A DNA stretch of 64,000 nucleotides from Candidatus Pelearchaeum maunauluense (GTDB lineage: Archaea; Thermoproteota; Nitrososphaeria_A; Caldarchaeales; Caldarchaeaceae): assembly GCA_030059675.1 (NCBI GenBank), contig JANVYQ010000002.1, positions 160,001 to 224,000 of the forward strand. Reading direction: 5' to 3'. This document shows positions 18,828 through 29,068 of the stretch, in pieces. The notes beneath the pieces are model-generated. The model was given only the letters and a program-made list of their open reading frames with translations. It was not told where the DNA came from and did not search any database. Every line of letters starts with the position of its first letter. The first letter of the stretch is position 1. The position numbers and the translations under genes were made by a program.

Positions 18828-19861
18828 CGCTGTAACACCACAATCTCACGTGTCAGGCTCTTATGGACATAAACGCTGTAAGATTCCAATAAATTAAATC
18901 CAGACCTATCAGCCATGTCAGCTATTCCACTACCCCGCGGGTAGGCCATGACTATCTTGCCATCTCTAGCGAGTAGATAATCAACTTCTGATAGAAAGCG
19001 ATTTATTAAATTGGTAAAAGATTTGCCTGGAATTGTGGAGGAGCGGCCATAAGGCGGGTCTGTTACTACGGCGTCAAATTCTGCTCTAAGAGGGGCTTTT
19101 CTTGCATCAGCTTGGATGATATTCTCACGACTAGGTATGTATGTGGATAGGTTAGTTAATGCGCCTCTGCATATCCATCCTTTGAGTTCAAGACCTATAG
19201 CTATATGGCCCATAAGCGCTGCCTCTATAAGTATAGAACCAGTCCCGGCAAAGGGGTCAAGTATCTTGTCATCTACACTGCCCACAGCCAGATTTACCAT
19301 ACATCTAGAGAGCTTGGGCTGCAAAGCAGATGGTATGGTGAATGGTCTTTTCCCAGCCCGCCTCTCATTAAACCCCTTTCCAACCAATACATTTTTCATC
19401 AGACCAATAACAAATGCATTAGGAGATACTATTACAGAGAAAATAAAATCGGGATTGGTAAGGTTTAGTTTTAATCCAACATTTTGAGCAAGTATGTTGG
19501 ATGCGAGACGTTTTTCAATCTCCATGGAATCAACATCCACGCCTTCAATCCTAAATACGCGACATCTAAAACTTCGTCCATAAACTCCCGATGAAACCGA
19601 ATCACCAATAACTACTTCATTAACGGCATTCTTAAACTCATTACTCCTGCCCCACGCTATAGCTATCCCAGAAAGTTTGGTGTATGCGGTCCGCTGCATT
19701 AGTTTATCTATTTTGTCTGGCGGGAGATTGGATAGCGCTATACGCTGGTCTAAAAGCGATGGCCTCTCTTTATGCGAGAGCATATTATGCAGGGCACATA
19801 ACTCACCATAAGCGAGAGTTGGGTTTTCGCCTGATAATAAGAAAAATGATGAATAGCCCAT
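18824..19861 (-). CDS. THUMP + methyltransferase, tRNA m2G10 (Trm11/TrmG10-like)
   Basis: DPFAGTG, TDPPYGRS and VHKSLTR. Confidence 0.85.
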   Translation of the reverse strand: MGYSSFFLLSGENPTLAYGELCALHNMLSHKERPSLLDQRIALSNLPPDKIDKLMQRTAYTKLSGIAIAWGRSNEFKNAVNEVVIGDSVSSGVYGRSFRCRVFRIEGVDVDSMEIEKRLASNILAQNVGLKLNLTNPDFIFSVIVSPNAFVIGLMKNVLVGKGFNERRAGKRPFTIPSALQPKLSRCMVNLAVGSVDDKILDPFAGTGSILIEAALMGHIAIGLELKGWICRGALTNLSTYIPSRENIIQADARKAPLRAEFDAVVTDPPYGRSSTIPGKSFTNLINRFLSEVDYLLARDGKIVMAYPRGSGIADMADRSGFNLLESYSVYVHKSLTREIVVLQR

Positions 19862-19873
19862 TTGGCATCTTCA

Positions 19874-20758
19874 TTATTCTCTCTTTACATGCTGGGCTAT
19901 TAGTGAAGCTATATCAACTTCCGCATATCTGTTGGGTATTGTATTTGTAGCTACTAGCTTTTCCGCTCCAGCTTCTAGAAGTCTTTTATCAGCATCACCA
20001 ACCATCAACGCATGGATGCAACTCACTACTATTCTCCCAGACCCGAGCTTCTTCAGAGTTTTTACAGTTTTAATAGCTGTCCCGCCAGTGCTTATAATAT
20101 CATCCACAAACAAAACGTCCCTATCCTTAACATCTGCCTCAATGATTACTTTTACCTCTCCAGTATGTGTATTGCGCTCGCTACGCACTGGAGCAAAGTC
20201 CGTTCCTATTTCCTTAGCAGCTATAGATGCCATAGCCTCGCCTTTTTTACCAGGCGATATTATTAATGGGTCGCTTAAGCCTAGGTTATGTGTATATTTT
20301 GCCAGCAATCCTGTGGCGTCAAGATTTGCTACAGGTATTGGGGTGTGTTGAAGTATCCAGGGAGAGTGTATATTCACTGTAATTATCTCATCTATGCCAG
20401 CGTATTTAAACATCTTTAATATCGTCTCTATACTTATGGCTTCACCTTCGAGGAATCTCTTATCCTGTCTCGCGTATGCCATGTATGGAATTATAGCTAC
20501 TATACGAGAGGCGCCCAGATTCTTCAGGTTATCCACCATGAGCAAGAGTTGCATTATATGCCTGTCCTGTGGTGGGTGAGTGCCCTGAACTATAGCTACT
20601 TCTCTTCCTTCCACGCTGCTCTCCAGCCTTAGATAAGACTCGCCATCAGGAAATAGCTTGAACTCCAGCTTTCCCAGCTCCAGCTGGGCTAGTCTGGCTA
20701 TCGCCTCCCCAAGCTCGCGTGATGCTGGGCCAGGAATCAGAAGCACGAGAAACACCAT
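19874..20758 (-). CDS. prs: Ribose-phosphate pyrophosphokinase
   Basis: FPDGE, PYMAYARQD and VDDIISTGGT. Confidence 0.93.
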   Translation of the reverse strand: MVFLVLLIPGPASRELGEAIARLAQLELGKLEFKLFPDGESYLRLESSVEGREVAIVQGTHPPQDRHIMQLLLMVDNLKNLGASRIVAIIPYMAYARQDKRFLEGEAISIETILKMFKYAGIDEIITVNIHSPWILQHTPIPVANLDATGLLAKYTHNLGLSDPLIISPGKKGEAMASIAAKEIGTDFAPVRSERNTHTGEVKVIIEADVKDRDVLFVDDIISTGGTAIKTVKTLKKLGSGRIVVSCIHALMVGDADKRLLEAGAEKLVATNTIPNRYAEVDIASLIAQHVKRE

Positions 20759-20799
20759 AATAAGTACGAAAAGCCAAAATAAAGAGTATGAAGCTAAGG

Positions 20800-21510
20800 C
20801 TATTCTAGAATTATCTCAAGCCGCCTATTTCTCTTCCCCTTATTCTCCAGCTTGGCGAGTTTTATAGAACCTACTTCACGCGTGTTTTTTACATGTGTCC
20901 CGCCGTCAAGCTGGGCGTCAAAGCCAGCGATTTCTACTATACGTAGGACTGGCTCGTTTGGTATTAGGTCTGGCCTCACTCTTATAAGCCCGCTCATGGC
21001 CAGCGCTTCTTCACGGCTTACGAAACGGTAAACCACGTCTCTACCCTCTCCAACTATCTTATTCGCAAGTTCAATTATCTCTGCCGCCTTTTCTTTGTTG
21101 AGAGATTCAAGCGATATATCCATACGTGCTCTATCTCTATATATCTGGCTACCTGTTATCTGTACATCAGAACCATAAAGATGATAAACCGCACCACTGA
21201 TTATATGGAGTGCTGTGTGATGCCGCATATGGGCGTAGCGCAGCTCCCAGTCTATAACCGCCCTAGCTATATCACCTACATCAGGTTTCTGGTCTGGAAT
21301 AATATGGATAACTTTACCAGAGTCTTTAACTACTTCAGTAACTTCATATATAGAATCACCGACGACTAGTTTCCCCCTATCACTTGGCTGCCCTCCTCCG
21401 CGTGGATAGAAAATAGTCCTATCAAGAACTACTCCAGCGTCTAAGACTTCCATCACCTTGGCGTCAGCCTCGCGTAGGTAGCTGTCTTTAAGATAGATGA
21501 GCTCAGTCAT
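20800..21510 (-). CDS. alaXM: Alanyl-tRNA editing protein AlaX-M
   Basis: FYPRGGGQPSD, HTALH, GGTHV and NKGKRNRR. Confidence 0.9.
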   Translation of the reverse strand: MTELIYLKDSYLREADAKVMEVLDAGVVLDRTIFYPRGGGQPSDRGKLVVGDSIYEVTEVVKDSGKVIHIIPDQKPDVGDIARAVIDWELRYAHMRHHTALHIISGAVYHLYGSDVQITGSQIYRDRARMDISLESLNKEKAAEIIELANKIVGEGRDVVYRFVSREEALAMSGLIRVRPDLIPNEPVLRIVEIAGFDAQLDGGTHVKNTREVGSIKLAKLENKGKRNRRLEIILE

Positions 21511-21591
21511 ATCCTACGCACACACGCCAACTCCGCTCTACGTGTTTCCTGAGAAAGCTTATATACGTTTTGCACTACTACTTGAATAGGG

Positions 21592-21738
21592 ATGAGCGAA
21601 ACAATCCAGAGAGAGCTTGAAGAGTTGAAGCTACCGATATGCGAGTCAACGTTGATGCCAGTCTTCGACGAATATACGTACATCCACCACAACGCAATAG
21701 ATATCGGCGTCTTCAAATACATAGAGCGCGCGCCATAA
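21592..21738 (+). CDS. Small hypothetical protein (48 aa), not in the ORF track
   Basis: MSETIQRELEELKLPICESTLMPVFDEYTYIHHNAIDIGVFKYIERAP; TTATATA ~30 nt upstream fits a leaderless start. Confidence 0.5.
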   Translation: MSETIQRELEELKLPICESTLMPVFDEYTYIHHNAIDIGVFKYIERAP

Positions 21739-21761
21739 CAACATAGGGGTAACTAGGCTGC

Positions 21762-22502
21762 ATGTCTTACGGCTACGACGAGTTCGAGTCAAAGGTCGGA
21801 CAGTTTATCTATACAATGGTTATGTATGAACGTCTCAAGGAATATCTCTTAGAGAGGGTTAAAGGCAGGGGTAAGGTCTCTTTAAGGATAAACTTGGGAA
21901 CAGATAAGTCTGGGAACACTGTATTCATGGATGTTATGCTTACTGCTGTGAAACCTCAGATGATAACGCCTTCAGTCGAGGAATCTAGGTGGAAGGGCCG
22001 TAAAACGCTGATTATGGTTTTAACTAATAGCGAAAATCTAAGTGGAGATTCGCGGCAGATGGCTGAAGAGATGGAGCGCCTGTTGCTGGAGAGCTTGCGG
22101 TGGTGGCATGGTTATTTTGGGGAGCGTGATAAGCTTAAGCTGGGTAGCTGGAAACCTGATGTTGTAATGATGCTTGATGCAGAGAGCGCCGAAGTGATAG
22201 CAGAAATACCAGTGGAGAGGATAGTAATTCCACCCAATAGGAGAGTAACGCTATCTCCTGAAAAACTGGAGAAGCTTTCGCAATACGTTGATTTACTCTC
22301 TCCCATAACTGTTAGAACTGCCGAATCAGGCTTCTATGAGCTTGTAACAGGCTATCCCCAGCTCGCTGTATATGTGGAGAAGCTAGGAGCAGATACCGTG
22401 AAGGCGCGCGTGCTGGATATAAGTGAAGAGGATGCTGAGAGAATATACGAGGCGTCATCCGCTACTATGAACAAGCTCGTGGAACTTCTCACATCATCTT
22501 AA
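21762..22502 (+). CDS. Hypothetical protein with a C-terminal degenerate ParB/Srx-like domain
   Basis: IPVERI...LLSPITVR...YELVTG...LG..TVKARVLD. Confidence 0.6.
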   Translation: MSYGYDEFESKVGQFIYTMVMYERLKEYLLERVKGRGKVSLRINLGTDKSGNTVFMDVMLTAVKPQMITPSVEESRWKGRKTLIMVLTNSENLSGDSRQMAEEMERLLLESLRWWHGYFGERDKLKLGSWKPDVVMMLDAESAEVIAEIPVERIVIPPNRRVTLSPEKLEKLSQYVDLLSPITVRTAESGFYELVTGYPQLAVYVEKLGADTVKARVLDISEEDAERIYEASSATMNKLVELLTSS

Positions 22503-22529
22503 TAGCCATCCAACACAGCATAAACCACC

Positions 22530-23027
22530 ATGGATATAAGCAGTAAAATCAGGCGAATACAGGGACTATTCGTGGAAAAGCCAGTTAATTTCTCATGGGT
22601 AAATGATAGAATTGCGGCAAGCGGCTTGCCAGCAGGGATTAAACATCTAACATGGCTTAAAAAACAAGGAATAACGGCTATACTGACGTTGACCGAAAAA
22701 TCCCTAAATCTGGAAGATATACGTCGGCTGGATTTTGAATACCGTCATATCCCGATGCAAGACCTCAAACCTCCAACTGTTGAGAAATTAGTTGAGGCAA
22801 GCACTTTCATTCGTTTGATAACATCAAGAGGTGGCCGTGTTCTTGTTCATTGCGCCGCTGGACTTGGTAGGACAGGAACCGTTTTGGCAGCCTATTTTAT
22901 GTTGGAGAATAATCTCAACCCAGAAGATGCGATAAGGTATGTGAGGCGTATTAGGCCAGGTTCTATTGAGGCTGGTCAAGAGAAGGCTTTATGGGAGCTT
23001 GATAAGCTTAGGAGAGCTGGCTCTTAA
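22530..23027 (+). CDS. Dual-specificity protein phosphatase
   Basis: HCAAGLGRTG (CX5R) and RPGSIE...Q. Confidence 0.9.
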   Translation: MDISSKIRRIQGLFVEKPVNFSWVNDRIAASGLPAGIKHLTWLKKQGITAILTLTEKSLNLEDIRRLDFEYRHIPMQDLKPPTVEKLVEASTFIRLITSRGGRVLVHCAAGLGRTGTVLAAYFMLENNLNPEDAIRYVRRIRPGSIEAGQEKALWELDKLRRAGS

Positions 23028-25146
23028 TCTGGTCTGCCAGCTTCGGCCCTATAGTTGGTATGCGCGCCAGCTCCTCACGTGATGCGCGGCGTAGGTCGTC
23101 AAGTGTCTTGAAGCCGTGGTCATAGAGGTTTCTAGCCCTAACCCTGCCTATGCCGTGAAGCTTTGTTAAAAGGAGAAGTTCTTGCTTTACGCCATGCTCT
23201 AGTCTTCCTGAAAGAACCTCAAACGCCTTATGATATGGTGTGCGCTCCAAAATACGCGTAAGCTGGGAAGCAGCATAAGATATCCATGCGCATCTTTCTC
23301 TTAAAACTGCCAAATCACCAGGCTCGACTCTAAATCTCTCATACATTTCAGATTCGCTCATCTCCTCAATCCAGGCCTTCATAATATACACAAGCTTCAT
23401 AGACTCCATAAACTCCTCATAACGCTCAGGCTCATCTAGGGGGTCTGGAATGTCAATGAGATAATCCTTATTGCTCTCTATGAATGTCTCCAAAAGAGCC
23501 TCCCCAACTTTAACAGCGGAGATTTGGGGTATGTCGGGAGTTGAGCAGATTACCTGAAGAAGAGTTACGTCATTTATCCCACTAGGCTCCTGGCCTGTTA
23601 GCTCGATTATTTTGACGGCAGTAAGCGGGTCTATATAGAGCTCCGATACCCTCTTTCCTAATCTAGTCGCCACTAGCGTCTCGCCGCTATCTGCTATGAA
23701 TCCCGCCCTCGTTAAGAAATTTAGAGCTTGAATTATCCTCTCATACGCCCCATAGCTTCCGTACTGGAAGGAGAAGAGAGTTTTGGAGAAGAATCGTTTA
23801 AGTTCATCAACGCTACCAACAGCGTTTGACGCCACCAAAGCCAAGACATGAGTCCTAAGATGCCTCTCACTACCCAAGCGAGACCATATACGTTCAGGTT
23901 TCCCCAGTAGATACTTTTCGAAAATGAGACGCTTATCATCCTCTCTTCGCGCAATTGTTATCGCATATCCTACCGCGTCAAAACCAGGCCTCCCTGCCCT
24001 CCCACAAAACTGCTTATACTCTGTGACGCTTATCTGTCTCATCCCCTGCGCTATCTCATAACGCCAAAGTTCGGGTATTATCACGGTTCGTGCAGGGAGA
24101 TTAACTCCAGCCGCGAGTGTGGGTGTTGCTGCAATTATCTTCAGCTTTCTCTCGCGAAATAATTTTTCTACAACTCGTCTATGTTGGTATCCCAGACCTG
24201 CATGATGGAACGAAGCGCCGCGCGAGATTATACGTGCAAGTCGTTCGGTGAAGCTCGACTTCTCGGTTTGCTCGGTTAATTCATGGACAGCTTCTCCGAG
24301 GGCTTGTATGTCTTCTTCTGTTAAGGTGTCAAGACGACGAGCTAAAGCGTCTGCTGCCTTCTCGGCATAAGACTCAGCTCTCTTTCTAGTCATTGCAAAT
24401 ATTATGGCCTGTCCTCCATCAATCACTGTTTTCAACGCTATCGCTATGGCTGGGTCATAGTCCAGCTGCTCAATCTCCATTACACCATCATCTACGAATT
24501 CTATCTCCCCTCCGTAGAATACGCCCTCACGCAACGGGACTGGACGCCATTCCATTTCTATTAGCTCCGAGTCAAGCCATTCGGATATCTCATCAGCGTT
24601 TCGCGCTGTGGCGCTTAAGGCTAGAAACTGGGCCTGTGGGATTGCGTCTATTAATCGTGTGAGCGTCATTTCGAGTGTTGGACCTCTATCAGGCTCTCCA
24701 AGTAGGTGAATCTCATCGGCCACCACCAGTGTAAGGTTGTTAATCCATGAGGCTCTATGGCGTATGAGGCTGTCAGCCTTTTCGTTGGTTGCTATTATAA
24801 CATCATAGTTTGCCAGCCAGGGGTCTGAAGAATCATAATCGCCAGTACTGGCAGCTACGGTGAAGCCGTCTAGTTCTGTAAAGAAACGTCTAAACTCTTC
24901 AAGTTTTTCCGACGCTAGAGCACGTAGTGGTGTTAGGTAGATGCATTTACCGCCATTTCTGAGATGTTGGTACGCCGCCATCATTGCTATCAAGGTCTTA
25001 CCAGACGCGGTGGGCGTGGCCACCATAATATTTCGCCTATCAAGAAGCCCGCGCTCTAGAGCCTCTGCCTGTGGTGGATAAAGAGACGATATACCAAATG
25101 ACCTTAGCCTATCTCTAAGCTCTTCAGGCAGGCTTGCCTTCTCCAA
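23008..25146 (-). CDS. hel308: Ski2-like DNA helicase Hel308/Hjm
   Basis: PTASGKT, DEIH, LSAT, HHAGL, GRAGR and C-terminal HhH; start placed at TTG 25146. Confidence 0.93.
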   Translation of the reverse strand: MEKASLPEELRDRLRSFGISSLYPPQAEALERGLLDRRNIMVATPTASGKTLIAMMAAYQHLRNGGKCIYLTPLRALASEKLEEFRRFFTELDGFTVAASTGDYDSSDPWLANYDVIIATNEKADSLIRHRASWINNLTLVVADEIHLLGEPDRGPTLEMTLTRLIDAIPQAQFLALSATARNADEISEWLDSELIEMEWRPVPLREGVFYGGEIEFVDDGVMEIEQLDYDPAIAIALKTVIDGGQAIIFAMTRKRAESYAEKAADALARRLDTLTEEDIQALGEAVHELTEQTEKSSFTERLARIISRGASFHHAGLGYQHRRVVEKLFRERKLKIIAATPTLAAGVNLPARTVIIPELWRYEIAQGMRQISVTEYKQFCGRAGRPGFDAVGYAITIARREDDKRLIFEKYLLGKPERIWSRLGSERHLRTHVLALVASNAVGSVDELKRFFSKTLFSFQYGSYGAYERIIQALNFLTRAGFIADSGETLVATRLGKRVSELYIDPLTAVKIIELTGQEPSGINDVTLLQVICSTPDIPQISAVKVGEALLETFIESNKDYLIDIPDPLDEPERYEEFMESMKLVYIMKAWIEEMSESEMYERFRVEPGDLAVLRERCAWISYAASQLTRILERTPYHKAFEVLSGRLEHGVKQELLLLTKLHGIGRVRARNLYDHGFKTLDDLRRASREELARIPTIGPKLADQIKSQLS

Positions 25147-25159
25147 GCTGAGAAACGAG

Positions 25160-27181
25160 CTACGCAACCTTATACGCACCAGTTCTTGGGGTATATATGC
25201 GCCCCTCAGTTATAAGACGTGTTAGTATTCTGCTAATCTCAGCTTCGGTGAGTCCTTCTCTGAGAAGCTCGTTTCGCAGTTCTTCATCGGCAGCATATCC
25301 ATGCTCATTCTCAAATCGTTTGATAACGTCTATCACTAGCATCATCTTGTCTCGAACACTCTTGGGCTTGCCTGTCAGTATAACGTCAATATCTGGGCTT
25401 CCAGTTCCTATGTCTATCCCAACCTCAGAGAGGCTTCTCTTCATAAGAGCTATAGCTGCTTGAGCGTCTTCCTCGGTAGCTTGCTCGCGCAGAGCAGCTC
25501 GTGCTCTCGCCTCAGTCATCCTAATCAACGACTCAAACTGCCGTGCAGTAATGCTAACAGTAGAAGTCTTCTCATACATAGAGCGCATCTGAAGATAAAA
25601 CTCCTCAAGCAGCCTCATGGCGGCAGGAGTGAGAACAGGCTCTATACGCTTTGCAAACGCTATATATTTCCTTAAGACTTCAGGCGGAATTGGCGGAGAC
25701 ACTACTGGAGCGCCTATTGAATGAAGCGCCGCTATATGCGACGAGATCTTCTTATCCTGGTCTGGACTGGGCTCATCGCGGAGAACAAAAATTAGGTCAA
25801 AACGCGAAAGTATAGTTATGGGAAGATTAACATTCTCGGTGAAGTTCCTATAGGGGTCGTATCTACCAAGCGCTGGGTTAGCCGCAGCTAATACAGCTGT
25901 TCTAGCATTAAGGGTAGCTACTATACCTCCTTTAGCTATGCTGACAGTTTGTTGCTGCATTGCTTCATGTATGGCCACACGGTCTTCAGGTCTCATCTTG
26001 TCAATTTCATCTATGGCGCATATTCCCATATCTGCCAAGACCATGGCCCCTGCCTCCAGGACCATGCCTCCATTCTTCTCGCGGACAACCGCAGCTGTCA
26101 AGCCAGCGGCAGTAGAACCTCTCCCAGACGTATAGAGCCCACGCGGCGCTATTGACGCTACATACTGCAGAAGCTGGCTTTTAGCAGTACCAGGGTCTCC
26201 TACTAGGAGTATGTTCATCTCACCCCTAACACGCAGCCCATCTCGGAATGTCTTCGTCTTTCCCCCCATGAGAAGGAGGAGAATAGCATCCTTAATGTGC
26301 TCCAAACCGTATATGGAAGGAGCTATAGAGTCTCTCAGCTTAATGTGTATATTCTTGTCGCGGGCCATCTCTCTGAACATACGCTCCTCTTCAGGAGTTA
26401 TCTGAATAGCCTGCGGCTCCTTACTTGCAGCCTCTATGCTGATTGCATCAAGATATAGCTTGAAGGTTTTAAGTGGCTGGTCGCCAGTTCGCTCCTGAGC
26501 TGACTGGACAACACCCACAACTATAACCCTATCACCAGGCCTAACAACATCAACCAAATCACCGCGGGCGCGGACTTCTATTACGCGAGGAAGCTGGCCT
26601 GGAGGCAGGTCTTCTGGCTTCTCCTGAACACCAATAACCTGATAATCCTGATAATGCGACTCCTCTGGAACTAGTTCAAAACTAGGTTTTCTAGCTCTGC
26701 ATGTGGCGTTTGTGCATCTATCAGGCTGTTTTAATCTATTGGCATCTTGTTCAACTCGATAGGTAGTTCCACAATATTTGCATCTAAAAAGCCCAGTCTT
26801 AAGTATGGGTTTTACCACAGAGGCACGCGCCACCAAGCCGTCTATCATTATTAGCTTTCTGAGATGCGCTGCGCGTATTTCTCTAATAGCTGTGACGCTA
26901 GGTATGCCTACTATCCTAGCGTGAAACTCATCAATGCTCGCCGCATACTGGGGGTCTTCTATCTGAAGCTGTTTAAAACAGGCTTTATCAAGAGCTGGTA
27001 TATTACGTAATGGGTTATTTACTAGGTCGTTGGCGAATGTCTCGTCGTATGAGAGGAGGTCTGAGAACTCTACGGGTATACTCTTCTTTCCAGTCAGCGC
27101 TGCTTGCGCGAGTAGTTGTCTATACTTCTCCATCTTGAAGAATGCTACGAGTTTCTCATCAAGCGGTATAGGACGCTCCAT
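25160..27181 (-). CDS. mcm: Replicative helicase MCM
   Basis: GDPGTAKSQ, IDEIDKM, SRFD and N-terminal Zn finger; no intein seen. Confidence 0.96.
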   Translation of the reverse strand: MERPIPLDEKLVAFFKMEKYRQLLAQAALTGKKSIPVEFSDLLSYDETFANDLVNNPLRNIPALDKACFKQLQIEDPQYAASIDEFHARIVGIPSVTAIREIRAAHLRKLIMIDGLVARASVVKPILKTGLFRCKYCGTTYRVEQDANRLKQPDRCTNATCRARKPSFELVPEESHYQDYQVIGVQEKPEDLPPGQLPRVIEVRARGDLVDVVRPGDRVIVVGVVQSAQERTGDQPLKTFKLYLDAISIEAASKEPQAIQITPEEERMFREMARDKNIHIKLRDSIAPSIYGLEHIKDAILLLLMGGKTKTFRDGLRVRGEMNILLVGDPGTAKSQLLQYVASIAPRGLYTSGRGSTAAGLTAAVVREKNGGMVLEAGAMVLADMGICAIDEIDKMRPEDRVAIHEAMQQQTVSIAKGGIVATLNARTAVLAAANPALGRYDPYRNFTENVNLPITILSRFDLIFVLRDEPSPDQDKKISSHIAALHSIGAPVVSPPIPPEVLRKYIAFAKRIEPVLTPAAMRLLEEFYLQMRSMYEKTSTVSITARQFESLIRMTEARARAALREQATEEDAQAAIALMKRSLSEVGIDIGTGSPDIDVILTGKPKSVRDKMMLVIDVIKRFENEHGYAADEELRNELLREGLTEAEISRILTRLITEGRIYTPRTGAYKVA

Positions 27182-27195
27182 CCACGCTCACCTTC

Positions 27196-27723
27196 TCAAC
27201 CCATAACACCCCGTTCCCACTCTTCAACAAGACGTGAAACATAGTCGTAGAGAAGCTCCTCTTCAGGGGTTAGTTTCTTAACTACCTCACTCTTCATCTT
27301 CTTAACTGCAAACTGGATAATTTTAGCCATTCTAAGAGTCATAATGTCCCTCACCATATCTCTTATACGTTCATCTCCCGATATGCTGGCTGCTCGTTTA
27401 GATTCCATGTAGAAGTAGCGTGGAAGGGTCTGTAGTTCTAGTGGACTGTTCTTCTCCCGCCATTCCAACTGCATTAACTGTTGCAGTGAGGGGGGCTTAT
27501 CAGCCCATTCTGCCACATTCATCTCCACGAGACGCTGGGCTAGCCACTGCTTGACGTATATGATGCTACCCTTCTTGACGTCTTCAAAAACCTGGCCCGA
27601 GACTATTAGTTTGGGGATATCGCGTGTGATGGTTATTCTTGTTGTTGAGTTTAGGTATTCCAGCCTTAGTTCCTCAAGCCTATCCCTTAAGCCTGTTGCC
27701 AGTAGGTCTTCAGAGCGTAACAT
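27196..27723 (-). CDS. GINS23 (Psf2/Psf3-like) subunit
   Basis: WLA..L, LQTLP.YFY, R..KI and LTPEE; directly upstream of mcm. Confidence 0.8.
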   Translation of the reverse strand: MLRSEDLLATGLRDRLEELRLEYLNSTTRITITRDIPKLIVSGQVFEDVKKGSIIYVKQWLAQRLVEMNVAEWADKPPSLQQLMQLEWREKNSPLELQTLPRYFYMESKRAASISGDERIRDMVRDIMTLRMAKIIQFAVKKMKSEVVKKLTPEEELLYDYVSRLVEEWERGVMG

Positions 27724-28006
27724 GGCCTCTTAGGATGTTGCCGCGCTTCTGTGGTATTAAGTCTGACTTGGCCATGAGGAGGGATATAGCCATGTTATTA
27801 ACGTGGAAAGCAGCGGGGCCACACCCTAGGCTTAAGGAGAGTCATGGAAAAGGTGTTAAAAGGAGGGTTTTTGGCTTGGGCTGGGGCAAACAAACCAACC
27901 ACAAGAGAACCCAACAAGAACCGGCGATTAAGAATCCTAAACCATCATCATGAGAGAGGGGAAAACTATTATTCTTGAAATGAAAACCCAGCTATGCGGA
28001 TAAGGT

Positions 28007-29014
28007 TTGAGAATAGGGATAGTTGGGGGAGGCGTTTCTGGAAGCTATCTAGCGTCTCTCTTAGATGAGAAACATAACGTAATAATATATGAGAGGCAGG
28101 AGTTTGAAAAATTCTATGCCGTATGTGCGTGGGGAACAAGTCTCCACGAGCTTAGGAGATTATCATCAAAAATAGGGCTTGACTTTGATGAGTACGTACT
28201 CTTTACTGGTAAGCGTATGATTGTCCAACTCCCAAATAGGGAGCTTGAGATACCCCTTAAGGGGTTATGCACATTTGATAAACGGCGATTTGTGATGGAT
28301 ATGCATAAAGGAAAGGAGATTGTTTACGGCAGAGCAATTGATAAAGCTCCGTCTGACAGGTATAATATCGTGATTGATGCTACAGGGTTTAATCGCGCGC
28401 TCCTACCCAAGATAAAGAAAGATTATTTCATACCGACGCTTGAGTATAGAGTTCGGTTTAACTCGCCGCCGTTTGACGATTTCATGGTACGGCCTCTCAA
28501 GGGGCTATGTGGCTATCTTTGGTTCTTCCCACTTGAGAATGGATACGCCCACGTGGGTGCTGGAGACTACTATAAGCGCCATGTGGATGTTCTTCGTGAG
28601 TTTATGCGCGAGCATGGCGGTGAAATAGTCAAGAAGATAGGTAGGCCCGTGCGCATAGCGCCGCCACACCTATGCCAGCCCATAATGGAGGGAAATGTTA
28701 TAGGGGTGGGCGAGAGCATAGGCGTTGTCTATCCAGCCCTAGGAGAGGGGATAATCCCAGGAATGCAGTGCGCAGAGCTACTAGCGCGGCACATTGAAAG
28801 AGGAACACTCCAACAATACCCGTCGGAAGTTATCAAAAAGTTTGATGTTTATGAGAAGGTTTTCGAGTTCATAAGGAAGAAGATTAAGGGAGAGTTTAGC
28901 TGGTTAAAAGACTTCAATCTCGTCCTTAGCGCCTTTTTGCATATGAAGCTGGCCGAAGATAGGTATGGCATGAAGATACGGCTTAGAGATTGGCTTAATG
29001 TGGTTAGAAGCTAG
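28007..29014 (+). CDS. Geranylgeranyl reductase-like FAD-dependent oxidoreductase
   Basis: IVGGGVSG, CAWG, DATG, YLWFFP and GEGI. Confidence 0.75.
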   Translation: MRIGIVGGGVSGSYLASLLDEKHNVIIYERQEFEKFYAVCAWGTSLHELRRLSSKIGLDFDEYVLFTGKRMIVQLPNRELEIPLKGLCTFDKRRFVMDMHKGKEIVYGRAIDKAPSDRYNIVIDATGFNRALLPKIKKDYFIPTLEYRVRFNSPPFDDFMVRPLKGLCGYLWFFPLENGYAHVGAGDYYKRHVDVLREFMREHGGEIVKKIGRPVRIAPPHLCQPIMEGNVIGVGESIGVVYPALGEGIIPGMQCAELLARHIERGTLQQYPSEVIKKFDVYEKVFEFIRKKIKGEFSWLKDFNLVLSAFLHMKLAEDRYGMKIRLRDWLNVVRS

Positions 29015-29068
29015 CCGAATGGGCGGTTAAGGTTTATTTATAGGCTGAATCAAGCGCAGACAAGGTGA

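Noticed and set aside
20890-20910. AlaX editing motif DGGTH instead of CGGTH
   Set aside because: To my knowledge an Asp variant is common in AlaX-M proteins, so it is not evidence of novelty.
27890-27951. C-box-like ATGATGA on the minus strand
   Set aside because: No CTGA D box at a suitable distance downstream.
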